A DNA stretch of 64,000 bases from Strigamia acuminata. Taxonomy: Eukaryota. The notes beneath the pieces were generated by a model. The model did no database searches. It worked only from the letters and a program-made list of their open reading frames with translations, and had not been told where the DNA came from. Location of the stretch: positions 16,616,001 to 16,680,000 of the forward strand of contig OX442314.1 of the NCBI GenBank assembly GCA_949358305.1. Reading direction: 5' to 3'. Position 1 is the first letter of the stretch. Each line of letters begins with the position of its first letter. Position numbers and translations under genes: made by a program. Below, in pieces: positions 15,278 to 28,410 of the stretch.

Positions 15278-18200
15278 TCAATTTATCCTGTGAGCTGCGG
15301 TCGATGGCACTGGGCCGAATCTACAGCGAGGAAAAGGGGAGGCCGTTCAGGGCCAAGCACATGCTCTTCACAGGATGAGGAGCATTGAGTCTGAAATATT
15401 GATTTGTCCAGTGTGTAGTTGCTTTAAATAATTTGTAATAGCTCCTGCTGAGCATGTATGAAAACATTGGCACTGTTTTGCTAAATGCACGGATGAATAC
15501 AAACATGAACATGGGCAAAATGGAGGAAGTAAATCGGTGTTTGAATCATTAAACCAATTGCTTGCTTGTGTTTTATGGCTGTTTGCACATTGGAATGCCA
15601 GTTATAAAAATTAATAAGGTTAGGTTTGTGTGAATCAAGTTGCTAGTGCAAACAATAGCGTTTACACGGCTGGACTTGGTCGCTATACTTGTGGCGACAC
15701 CTAAAGACAAATTTCTACACAATCAGTCACTCAATTATTTATGCCGTTTCCGGTTGGTTGCCAAGAATTTAATTAAAATTTGTTCGTTTGTAGAAAATGG
15801 CAAACATTCCGATATTTTTTTTTCTGCAAACAAAACTTCTCTAATTCAAACAGAATGTTGCTGGAAGAAAGAGAAAAAATAATTATTAAGGAATCTAAAT
15901 TAATTAGAATGCTAAAAAAAAGTTTGTTTTTCGGTTTTTTTTTTTTAAAAATATAAAACAGTAAAAATGATGCAGGCTAGACTTTTAATTTCGACCTCAA
16001 CTTAAATTCATATTTGTAACATTAAATTTCAATTTGTAACGCATTGAAAAACAAAAGCAAACTGCAAAAATATGTCGACTTACACCACGTTGTTGAAAGT
16101 GCGTTTTGATCTTTTGCACCTCTGAATTACAAAACAGTTTGCAATTATAGCATTACGCCTAATCTGTATTTTTCCAGCATAGAAAAATATTGATTCCAAA
16201 CTTGGACATTTTTAATGCATTACAATTACATTAAGAGCTTATATGAAAGTTTTAGTTACATGCGACTACCGTATCGATTTTGCGACAGTGAGCGCGACAT
16301 CCGAGTAACAAAGAAACATTAAATAAATTCTGAAAATAATAACTTATTCTAAAATGTAATATTACAAAAGAAGCTTGCAAACTGCAAGCGCGTTTTTGTG
16401 AGCGGTATTAAAATGTAAAGTGCATTAATATGCAACAAATAAATATTACAGTTTAATCCTTTCAAGCAGTAAACGCAACATCGATCCAACTAATACGATT
16501 AAACGTATTGTATGTTCATACTTAATACCACTACAGTATATTGGATTGAAATATCCACATATGAATGTTCGATTAAGTTAGCCAATATTTACATTTTAAA
16601 TTTACTATCTATTGTTAATGAGGTCTCTAATGGAGTTTTAAAAAGCACGGTATTAGCTGAGTTTGGATTCGAATGATTTAATCTATTAATTACCCATATC
16701 ACTGTTTTGGTTCGCATCTTAAAAAAATTCTATCGATTTTTGACAAATTAAGTTCTTCCACTTTCTTGCGAAATTACAAGTAATTATCATCAACCACCAC
16801 ATCCAATCGGCACTCTTCGACTGGCATTTAAAAAAAAATTATCTTCTAGTGGCTGCTTTTCACACCCGCTAGTTTCTTCGAAGCGGCAGCAAAAAAATGC
16901 CTCAATTTTGGACACGTTTCTAAATTGAATCAGTTGTGCTTCTGAGTGATAAATGTTGCCGCTCAAAATCTTGCGAGCTACAAAATACACTTGGATCGTT
17001 CTAATAATATGTTATTAACTTTAAATTTAATTTGCGAAAGTAAATTTTCTTTTTTCAGATTACATATTGTGTGTGCAATGCTAAATTAGAAATGAATTGT
17101 TGGCGTAACATTCTGTCACTGACATGTGGGTGTATACATCAGTTTACTGTCACGATGAACTGGAATTTGCAAAAGTGAATACGGTATATTTCAAATAAAT
17201 GATGCGAGACATCCCTTCTCGTGTCAATCACAGCCTGGCACAGCCATCACATTTGTCGAGTGTCTTGGCATGTTATTAAAATGTTTAAATTGCAACACAA
17301 AATTGAGAACTTGAAAATGTTTCTTTTTTTTTTCCTTCTTTTTTTTTTTTTCTTTCTTTTTTTTTCTTTAAAGATTTAGAGGAAATTGAAGAGAATTTGA
17401 TATCTCTCTGGTATAAAACTCGGCGTATCTTCGCTATAGGATGGAATGTTATACGCTTTGCTATATTGGATATAGGCATTGCAAAACCAAAACAAAATGT
17501 GTTTGTAATGCAGGTTATTATTTGTTGTTGTACCGAAAAATTCTTTGGGAATAAAAGTTGTGATAAACTTGAAAACTAGAAAAAGTTATAATAAAATTGA
17601 AGCGTTGAGAGCGCACTATTGCCCTTTAGGGCTTTGTAAAATAAAACCCGGAAACCATTTTGCTCGTGTTGAACCTTACTTTTGCAGTGCTGGATGACTT
17701 TTCCACTCGGATGAGCATTATTTTACAGTTGTCTGATAGCGTTCTAACGTAATTCTCAATATAGTGATAAGCAGACTACTCTTGATGTGTGCGCCACTCA
17801 TATTAATCTGTCTTAAGGCTCTTCTTAATTTTCTATTTATGAAACGCAAATTTCAGTCGAAAAGGCGTACTAACATAAATAAAAAATGAAATGAGATGTA
17901 CAGGCAAGTTCTAAACAAAAACGAATCTTGTAACTTGAGGACACAGGCCCAGTTTATTTACTTAGTAGACTTTGATCCAATGTTTCGTGTTCGCATTTGC
18001 TTCATCGAGGCAAGATTCAAATGTGAAATTGATTAAAGAAATCCAATCCGAAAAAAACATTGCTCAAACGTACAGAAAATATCGTGTTTCTCAATTTAGC
18101 GGTGAGTCTCATTTCAATTTTTCTTCCTTTTCTTTCATTTTGTCGCAATTCTTTTAACTACATGCAGAAAACAAGCATTTGGATATTTTTAAATCTCTTA

Positions 18201-21200
18201 ATTAACCGCACACACATACCCGTATTGCAGTTATGATAATACCCTAGAATGCGAGTGAAACAAAATGTGAAAAGATTAATAAGCCGAGTTTCTTGTTTTA
18301 CACAATTTTTTTAGTAATAACAAAGTGAAATAGTTTAGTGGCCATAATGAATGCAATCCCCAAAGTGTAGTTGTCTGGAGCAAATGTCATTATCCACTGA
18401 CTCATGGCCTGGGTGTTTCTTAATAGAAGAATGAAGGTAATTAAAAAAGATTAGTTCCTGAACAAAACCCCGTGGAGACGCGCAGCAATGAGATGTTTTT
18501 ACTATTCCGTCCTTATGTTTGCAATGGTGCGGCAACTTCACTGGTTCATTTATTCGCAAGCCTCCGACTTAACGATTTTCTTTCTTCAGGTTTTTCTCTC
18601 TTATTGCAACTCCAGAAAGTAATTTTGACTGGATTATTTTTAGCTTCAGCTTAAAATCCTACGTTTTATGCATACCGTATAAAAAATGTTGAAATTTGTC
18701 CCAAATAACTTTTGGATTAACGACTATATTAAGAAGAAAAAAAATGTGGACTGCTCAGTGCAAAGCAAAGCTGAATTTTATACAATTTTCTAGATTAAAA
18801 AGGAGGGATGGGGGCGAAAGTGCGGTGGTGAAACACTTTTCGGTTCGGTTGAGACTTGAGAGTAAAAATTTAATTTTTCCATTTCTACTTTTCTTGCTCT
18901 TCAAAGCAGTTCAATCTTTTTAATTTTAATGTTTAATTCTCAAGATTAGAAATATTTTTTTTTTGTAATTACAAGCTCGAGATATTATTATTCTGTCAGC
19001 TTTTTTTTAAACAATTTGAAAACGATCATTCTATTAAGTTCCAACGGGAAATTATTTTGTTCTTTTTCTCTATTTTTTTGAAAAAAAAAACTATGTTATG
19101 AACCGCAACCTCAGGGCAGCAGAGCAGACGGTAATGAAATATCCTGTTTTATTTATTTTCTTTTGCCTTCGTAATATGAAAATTGAATGAATTTGATTTA
19201 TTTTTATTTCGTATTAAAAAAATCCGATTGTAGGCCTACTTAAGATTAATGTTGAATCAAAATCGTAAACCGCAAGGATTGTTCAAATCCATCATATTGT
19301 AAGTTGGATGATTGTTTGCCCTCTTGATTTTTTTAAAATGAAAACAAGATTGTTTTAATTTTTCCTTTGCCACTTTTACAACTGTTGGAGCGAAAGGTAT
19401 GATTAACGACTTGCCACGTCTAAAGAAAAAAATTGTAACTATGTTAATGGGATATTGTAAATCTACCGTAAAGTTCGTTTTACAACTTTTATAGAACTAT
19501 AAAAATGTTAGCTGAAGCAAATTTCAGCTACCTAATGGCGCCGACTCGCTTCATATATCATAAGTTTGTGCTTTGGTTTCATTTAATTAACAGCAAGAAC
19601 ATATAATGCCCTAAATCAGAGTTATGAATTGGAATTTCGCATATGTAAACGTTAAACATTTCCATCATCACGTTAAATAGCTGATAATAATATATCACCC
19701 GCCAAGGTATATTTTAAAATGTAAAGTTTTAATAATGAAATTGTTTGAATTCAGGGTTCCGGATCATTATTTGCTCAAAGATTCCATTTTATATATATGA
19801 CTGGGAATTTTGAACTGAATAAAAGACAAAGTAGGAGGAAGGAACATGGGATAAGGACTGAATTCTATATACGCAATTCGCGCAAATAAGTGTGAGAAGA
19901 CTCTGGTGTGCGGTTTGGCCGCTTTCCAATTCACTTTTGGTCACTTCTCACAGCCATACATGAATTCAAACAACAATACAACGTGAGGAATAGAAAGTTT
20001 TTACTTCTTTAACTGCTTTCACTTGTGACGAAGGAAAAATAATTAAAGAAATATTTTTTTCATAAGCCATTTAATAGTATTTATTTTATTATTTTTTTAA
20101 ATCAAATAATTGTTTCATCAAGCAGACGGATTAATCGTTTTTGCATTAATAGTTGCATAATTAATTTGTTAATTGTGCAATCATTTTTCGACATTTAAAA
20201 TATTTAACTTTTTAATCACCAACCGACTGTGCACGAAAGAGGATTAAAAACAAAGACATCTGTAATGTGTCTAGAATTGAAGTTGTGTGTCGCTTCTGAA
20301 TGAAATGATATAAATGTTATAAAAATTGGTCAGTAGGCCTACAGTATTTCAATTTTTTGACAAACCTGCAATTGATTACCAATTTTTTCTACTTCTACGG
20401 CACGATTGTAATTTGTTGATGTCACTACTGTGACATTGTCACAGTAGTGTATTAATCCATCTGGAAATTTTGTTGAAACTCGTACACTTCTAGCAAAAAA
20501 AATAAATAATTCATTTGCTTGTGTAATGCAGGGCAAAGCTCAGGGGAGAAAATGATAAAGTAAATTATTTTTTTAAGTGCACTTTATGTTTATTTAAATA
20601 AATAAATTTATTTTTGGGTTAAATCTCTATTTGAATTTAACAAAACACAAGAAGTTTTTTTTAAAATCATATTTATTCAATCATAAAGCGGCATTGCATT
20701 TAGTTTATCAGAGCAAAGCAATCTTCTTACTAGCTGAAATTCTTGAAATTCTATTTGGATAACCTCTCAGCAGAATATAATGGAATTCTGAAGATATGGG
20801 CCATTTTCCCGGCGTGCTGCAAATGAAACATGAAAGAAAGAAGAAAAAAATCAATGCACGAAATCAGATGAGTATATTTTTCCACAATAGTTATTTTACA
20901 TTTCTAAGACTAAATTCGAGTTAAACAAAACTCTCCAACAGTGTGGATAATAAGCAATTTAATATTCAGTTTACACTTTTATGTGTTTTATGAGTGAGAA
21001 AAGGTGTGCGTAAGCTTTACAAAAATATAAAAGTACTTAACTGTTCTAACCTTTAAAAACACTTAAATTTTATATTACCATTTTCTTGACCTACGTATGG
21101 ACATTTTTTAACCTTACGTGTGAGAAGCACTTGCAACTCCACTTTGTCTAATTAGAAGAAATGGTTTTGCATGGAGGAATGGCTACATTGTTTTCATGGT

Positions 21201-21765
21201 CCGCTACCGTTTTGGCATGCAAAATTAAATGGGCGACAAGGACTGTGAGTCTTATTCCACTTTATGTAAATTGTACGCTATGCTTTTTTCTTTTATATTT
21301 CTTTTAATACTTTTTTCCTACTAAAATAAATAGGCTAGTGCACGACGAATGCCCTAGACAACATAAAAAAAATATTAAAACTAAAATGAAGTCAAAGCAT
21401 TATACAACCGCAGTGAATTAAAGCTGGTCCGTTTGGGAGGAACGATAAACACGAATCTCAACATTTATTTTTATACATTTTTGTATAACATGGAAAAGAA
21501 AACAGAAGTTGTTTAATCGTTATTGCCGCCGTGTATTAAATTTTGTGCTCCATAAACATTATTTCAATTTTGTCACATTAGACAATGAGTGTCAGTTAAT
21601 GTCAACCATCTATAAGTTATAACTGACAGGGTTATTGCTAGTGGATGTGCATCTTCCTTCCTATTCAATTGATTTTCCAGCATCAATCCGTTGTAAAATT
21701 GTAAATTGAATTGTGTTGCATATAAACCCATTTGAAACGTTAGTAATGGGAAAGGAAAGTCATTT

Positions 21766-21808
21766 ATTCATTTCATTTCATTTCATCTCATTTCATTTCA
21801 TTTCATAT
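21766..21808. repeat. (TTTCA)n pentanucleotide microsatellite
   Basis: About 8 near-perfect TTTCA units seen directly. Confidence 0.9.
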
Positions 21809-23703
21809 TATTTTTGCACATATTTGTAAGCGTTCGATTGTAGCGTTTAGTTGAAGTCTTCATTTGTCGCCCGTTCGAGTGACAAACTTTATGCAATAAC
21901 TTTGAAGGGATGAAACAGTTTCACAGGCAATATCCAAATCGATTTTTGTCAGGCAATATATCTAGGTCTGTTTTGTATTCTGCTGCTGCTAGTGCTTTGC
22001 GTGGAGCCATGCACGCAATCTGTGTGTTTGGGAATAGAAGTATAGAAGAATTTCCCTCATGGTTTAAGGGTCAAACGATTGAGGGCACCCTTGAAAAGTG
22101 GCAAAAAAATATTTAGGAATGGAGTAAATCTTTGAGAAATCCCTGCTGGCAGTTCTGAAGTGAAGTGTCACATATAATGAGCTTCAAATTGACATAAAAA
22201 GTAATGGTTTTTTTTCTTCTTAACTTTTAGCATTTTATTTTTCATACGTCATATGAAAAGAACGCTTTTAAATTTTAGCTCGAAAACCTGATAAGCAAGG
22301 AGAATAAAAAAAGCACAACATTAATGAATGCCGCAGGATGAAACATTATCGCAAATCTGTGCACATTAATTCTAATCTCGGTCACCAATAACTTGTCGTT
22401 TGGCTTTTGTCACACCGTTGCAATATATACTGTATATATATATATATATATACACACCCTATGAAAAATAAATTATTTATATGCACTCAGTTGAAATATG
22501 TCTTTATTTGCTCGGGGTTTTGTGGCAATAAAGCATCGCCCATCTGTCGCATGCGTAGTAAATAACACTAACACATGGTATTGCTCATATTTCCAAAACT
22601 GTAAATACGTTATAAACATAGTAAATTGTAATTACTCAGCAGGAGGGTTAAACGTTAATAAATGTAATCGTAATATATAAATTCAGCGTAATGGCACATT
22701 TATAATTTTCGACTCAATTATTAGTCGTATCAGTTAAGCATAAATTTTAAGTGGTTTCGTGAGAAATTCGACTAACATTTCGGTTCCTGGGATGTGTTGC
22801 ACTTTGATCCCGATGTTCGTAATTTTGTCAGGTGTGAATTTACACCTGCGCCATGGTGTTCAAATATATAACTAACTTAGTCCTTTTGGGAACCGTCCGT
22901 TTCCACTTTCTACAGTCTTTAATAAAATGTAGTCTCCTGTTGAAATGTTTAGTACGCGTTTTCTGCAGTCTCGACAATGCGACAATGCGACCAAACTTTG
23001 TTTCTTGCACTTCCAGTTGATCAGCGAGCTTCTGTCCATAATCACGTATATTACTCGCGATTTGATGAAATAACTGTTTATGTTAACTGTTTATGTATAT
23101 GTTGTTCATCACGAATGCGCACAGGTTTGTTTGACACTCGGATTTGGTTTCTTCGCTCGTTTCCCGTTTTTCTTGTTTTTCCTCTCCTGTTTCGACTTGG
23201 GGCAGTCTGCTGCTTTGTGTCCCGATCCTTCGCAGTTGAAGCAAAACGTTGCACTTCGACACTCGTTTGCCATGTTTCCATGTTTCTTTCAAAATCAACC
23301 GTTTTTTTGATTCCGCGAGGTGGTTCAGCTTCTACGATCGCTGGTTTCCACAGTTCTCTTCCTTCTAGTATCGAAATTATTTTGGTTGACTATAACATGT
23401 AATTGTTGTCGTCTAATAAAACGATGTGGTGGTGAATCTTGTTAGTGGTCGCCATCTTTAAAAGCGTGGGCGTTAGTTTCGAGGTAGATTTGTCGCTAAT
23501 CGCCTTGTTTCGAAATTTCCGCGATCTGCTTCTGACTTGTCTTCTGCGTCTTAATTGCGATTTAGTCCAACGTTCGTAATTGCAACTGGATCCAACACAG
23601 CCTCTGCTTCGATATGTTGGGAAATAAATGTGACACGATACGATCAGGGTTGTTGCAATGTTACTAGTGACTTTATTAAAATTAAAAGAAAAAAGATTAA
23701 ATA

Positions 23704-23909
23704 CCATATTTTATAGATTAAGAGTCGCCCTCGAATTGTAGCCGCCCTCGAATAGTAGCCGCGGCTGAAATACCAAGAATACCGTATCGTACGTTCAGAC
23801 TTTGTTTGTTACATTAAACAAGTGTAACAAACGAAAAACCAAAATTGTAATTGCTGACAAAAATGGAAGTTTTGAATAAGAGCCGCGGTTCTTAATCGAT
23901 AAAATACGG
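23704..23909. mobile_element. Tc1/mariner(pogo)-type MITE, 206 bp, inside the Copia LTR
   Basis: Imperfect TIRs CCATATTTTATAGATTAAGAGTCGC and (reverse complement) CCGTATTTTATCGATTAAGAACCGC; TA on both sides; internal TAGCCGC/CTCGAAT repeats. Confidence 0.8.
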
Positions 23910-23990
23910 TACTACAAGATTATTACACTTATCGCTGATTGGATCCCCTGATCCCGCACGATCTCGTACTGCACGTTTGTTCAATGTGGA

Positions 23991-24493
23991 CAAGGCCGTC
24001 TTAACACTTTCCGGTGCCCTGGGCTTAAAAAAATCAGGCGCCCCTTGCCCCTTGTCGTAATTAAAAAACATCATTTTTACATTTACAATTTTACAGACCG
24101 TTCCTAGGGTATATTTGTAGGGCACTCGTGTTTTTTAGGCATGCTGGCACCCCTCCCACCCCCCTCCTAAAGAAGTACCAGTAAGCATTTTTGTAAAAAA
24201 TAAATTTAAACCACAAAATGCATTTTTGGACCTAAAAATGCATCTTTAAGGGAAAAAATGCCACTTGGGGTGGCGCTCCCTGCCCTGTGGCGCCCGTGTG
24301 TTTTACACACTATCAACAATGTATAGGAACAGGCCTACAAGTTCAGCTTATATTTGCACACTCTTGAAGACTCTTTGTACCGGTAGGAGGCGTCTGGCAC
24401 CCATCTCTGCCCAGCACTTCTCTCTGCCCAGCGCCCCTCTGCCTGGCACCCCTGGGCTGCATCCCAGTTAGCCCAATGGTAAAGGTGGGCCTG
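23991..24493. mobile_element. hAT-like non-autonomous element (about 503 bp) inside the Copia LTR
   Basis: Ends CAAGGCCGTCTTAAC and (reverse complement) CAGGCCCACCTTTACC; repeated subterminal GGCGCCC/GGCACCC motifs; degenerate 8-bp target duplication AATGTGGA / AACGTGAA. Confidence 0.65.
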
Positions 24494-27400
24494 AACGTGA
24501 AGCTTTTCTGCAGTGCTCGGTGAGACCATCCGTATTCTCCTAACAGGAACATCATCTTTCTTAATAAGCAATTAAGTTTTTTTTTTGCCCATAAATTGCC
24601 TACAGACAGAAAAATGTGACAGTTATGAGGCATAATAACTCAATTACTGTGGGTAGTAAATTACAGTGCGCTCATTTTGACAGCAAATTTACCACGTCAA
24701 CGAATTTCTCTATCATGAAATTAATATGCGAAAGCATATTAGTCACATGCGACCACATTAGGCCTATACGTGATTATGTGAGATTTGGTCTTGCGGTTTT
24801 CTCCACCAGACAGAATTTGCCAGGACTTAAGACGTAGACGTTTGAAATCTCAACTCAAAATCTTTTCCTGCTTTTTAAAAGAAAATATTTTTTCCTCTTT
24901 TTTTTTTTGATTTTCTAAAAGTTTCAAAACGGTGAATTCCTATTTTTTTAAGAAACTCAACTCTCAAACTACGACATACGTTGGTTTTGCCTCTATTTTT
25001 CTTCTTTCACTTGACTTATTTTTGTTTGAAACTAAATGATGTCACTTTGAGAACAGAACAAGTTGAACAAACTTCTTCTTACACAAAGCTCTGGCGTTTT
25101 GGTTGAGAAGCGCTGAAAAGACCACGCAATCCTCATGGGCAGGATTTCCCCTTTTTTGTGTGGTCAACCAGGAAAATACGCCTTCCACCTCAATCCACTT
25201 GACTTCCAATAGCTGTCATGAGAGTACTCACAAATGAAGAGAGACAGAGGAGGGAAGGAGGGCGATAGACCATAAAGGAATACAAAAGTTGTAGCTAGGT
25301 CATTCTGGCTATAGTTACTTTCGCAAAGGCCAAGAAGTAAATTTACAATCTATGGGGGCAATAATCCTTAAATTTTTGCAAGTTTTATGAAACTTTTTAT
25401 TGTTATTGGAGTTTAACATTTTATACATAACCATACGTCAACAGATTTTGTTTTTCTTAGTTTTCTTTTTATTTTCGCCATAAAAAAAAACTTTTTGCTC
25501 ATTCCAGTAACCATTTAAAGTCACAGAGGTAGCTTTATAACTAACACGAGTTTGCAATTAAGTTTATGAGTTGCAACGTCTATTGTGATTTACTCCGCAT
25601 GATGTCTGTAAATGGAGTGTTCATGTACCATGTTGATTAAATATTCACTTCCAATAAAATGTAGGCTCGATTCATTCGAAATTTTTAAATTTTGCATCAA
25701 ACTGCACAAAAAAAATGTCTTGATGATGAAAAAAAAAATCAATATTTAAATTAGAATAACTGAAGCTGAACCGTTGCATTCATTAAATTAATTAAGTACT
25801 ATCTAGGGTGATAGCTATTTAATGCCACTGGAAATTAATTAATTAATTAAGAAGAATTTCTTGGATAAAATTATGTAACATAACGAGTATAAAAATAAAT
25901 ATTAGACATGTTTTTGTTTTGCTAAAATTGAGACGGCAAACTAAACACATCCAACGGATTAATCTACATGCTCAAACAGCAATCATGCAACCAAAGAAGC
26001 TTCGGATTTCAGAATTATCTGATGAAAAAAAAATTTAAATTGCATATTAATAATTAAAATTGTATTCCCTCGTGACTGTACCAAATCAACCTTTGTCTTA
26101 ATGACGACAGTTTGGATGTGGAAACTCATTTGATTAATGATTAGTAAATATCAGACATAAAACTTATTTTTTTTGAATTATTGGAAATGTGTTGTGTAAT
26201 AAAGTTTGTACAGTATGAAGTTTTTTTTATCAACACCCACTGAGCACTTAACGATTTTAATTGCATTGGATCAGCTTTTCCCCATCTCTCAGCGCCCAAG
26301 TAGGTTGACGCTTAACATCTGGGACCTAGCAAATATTTGCAATGAGTCGACTTGAGACAGAAAAAGATTATCGACTAGAAACCAGCATCTCTTACTGTTT
26401 CTCAATAAAAAGTTTTGTGGCCAGTATTGATTGCACCTCTGTGTTTTATAGCTAGCCATTGTCCACTCATTGCCACAGCTTGAAAAGTACTATCCATATA
26501 AGGACCGAACCATAAAATAAATCGAAAAAAAGTTGTGCAAATTTCGTTCCATAACTCTTCTCCCTACAGTAGTAAAAAACAAAAAAAAAATAAGAGGTAA
26601 GAACTCATAATGTGCTCCTAAGTGCAAAAGGTGAATGGTTCAATGGATACAACAAACAGATGTACGCAATTTCTAGAAAAATTTAGTTTCGGTCATTTAT
26701 TATGTACAAAGCTTGTTTGTATACGAGTTAAGACTCTTATGATTGAAATTGGGCAAGATGCAAACATGTCAATGTATTGAAATTTTGCATTACGCAGGAG
26801 AATTATTTGGAATGAAATAAATGTATAAATTCTCTCTTTTTTTTACCGCCTAGCTTTGAAGTCTGTTTCTATCGATTTGGAATAAATCCTTTGGTATAAT
26901 ATAAGCAGTAGAAATAGGATCATACACATTTGCGGTTATTTTGTATTCTTGTAAAGGACAGTTTAGTTGACCCAAATGCAGCAATCATCATTATTTTATT
27001 TACCAATACAATTTTAATTAGTGTTGTTAGACACGAAGGCGAATTGAGCTGTCGGTTTCATTTCATCAATTGGAGTTTTATCAAAAAGCTTTTAAAAAGT
27101 ATCCGTAAGTATTGGTAGGTTGGACTTAACTCTGTGTGGTCGTAAGTGCAATCCAATGTTTACGGGGGGAGGCTGGACTTAATCTTTATAATCCTATCTT
27201 TGAAGGTACACGTTGGAGGTCCAGCTTCTTTGTTTGCAATAGGTTTGTGAGTGAAACTGGGCCCTTGGGCCGACAAGTAGTGAGGAAAATCCCACTTTCA
27301 AATTGGGGATGAAGTGAGATAGAAAACAAAAGACATTCTTGATTTATAATGTTGTTGTTTGTTCAATTCATTGCCCTGTAAGAGCATTCCATTTGATGCA

Positions 27401-28378
27401 ATGGTAGCAATCAAGATTTTTCCAATATTTGAAATGGCTTATCGTGGGAAGCTCTTGCGATGTTAAGAATGCACGTTATTCTCGAAGACTAAAGCTTTAG
27501 TGTTTGTAAACTATGGTAAAAATGCGGATTCGTTTTGAAAAAAAATCTAAAAAATTGCAGTTGTGGGTTTTTGTTTAATAATATTGATTGAATTTGATTG
27601 AATTACATGGCAAAATCTGTTCGCATTTCACTTACCGCTGCGCCTTCACATCTGTACATTTGTTTCATAACTTGAAAACATTCTTTAAACACAGATTGAG
27701 GCAATATTGTACAAGGTAGTGATTTGTCAAATGAAATTGAATTATAGCGTGACTACACTTAACCTTTACTAATGGAAGAAATTGATTTCTGAGCTAAACA
27801 CCGTCGATAGATGGCACGATAGAGCAGTAAGCGTTTCAGCAAGTCCTTGACTTGAGCAAAGTGTTTGTGTATATCGTGATTGTGGTAACTAACTCGACAT
27901 TTACGTACAAAAGCTTGGACATAAACACGTAAACGACGGTTCTAATCAACTTTTTACTGCTTTAATCTCCATAATTAATAATTATAAAGATTAAACCAAA
28001 TAATTACAACTTATTATAGGTTTTAAATTTTGCAATTGATTTACTAAACGTTTCTGCATGATTTCTAGCCGAGTTATAGAAAAACTTCAACTACCTATTT
28101 ATGTAGATGCAATGTGCATATATTTTTTTATTGCTTCTGCGTAGTTGGTCGTAGAGTTGATAAACTTTTGTTTAGTTTGGACGAGACACTTATCACATGC
28201 AGCAAAAAGCCAGTCTACACTTGAAGCAAAAAAAGCACTTCCAGACTGAGAGATACTGCCTGCTTCATCCATCTTGCAGGAGATCATCCAATGTGCCGGA
28301 ACTGCTGCACGTACACTGAGGACTCCGGTTGTAGTGTATGATCTCTCCAAACAAAAGCCAAGTGCTGAGATAGTAAAA

Positions 28379-28410
<32 letters not shown>

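Larger units (their letters stand above)
22740..24545 (-). mobile_element. Internally deleted, decayed Ty1/Copia LTR retrotransposon (5' LTR, gag N-terminus, zinc knuckle, RNase H fragments)
   Basis: Minus strand reads MATTNKIHHHIVLLDDNNYML*STKIISILEGRELW from 23455 (Copia gag N-terminal motif, W changed to stop); CFNCEGSGHKAADC CCHC knuckle at 23243-23202; RNase H motifs WKCKKQSLVALS (about 23015-22980), RTKHFNRRLHFIKD (from 22957) and IPGTEMLVEFLTKPL (to 22749). LTR termini TGTTAGGAG (24545) and CCCAACA (23615), followed by degenerate PBS-like TATCGAAGCAGAGG. Confidence 0.85.

Noticed and set aside
22977..23402. 141-aa plus-strand ORF
   Set aside because: Antisense to the Copia gag remnant.
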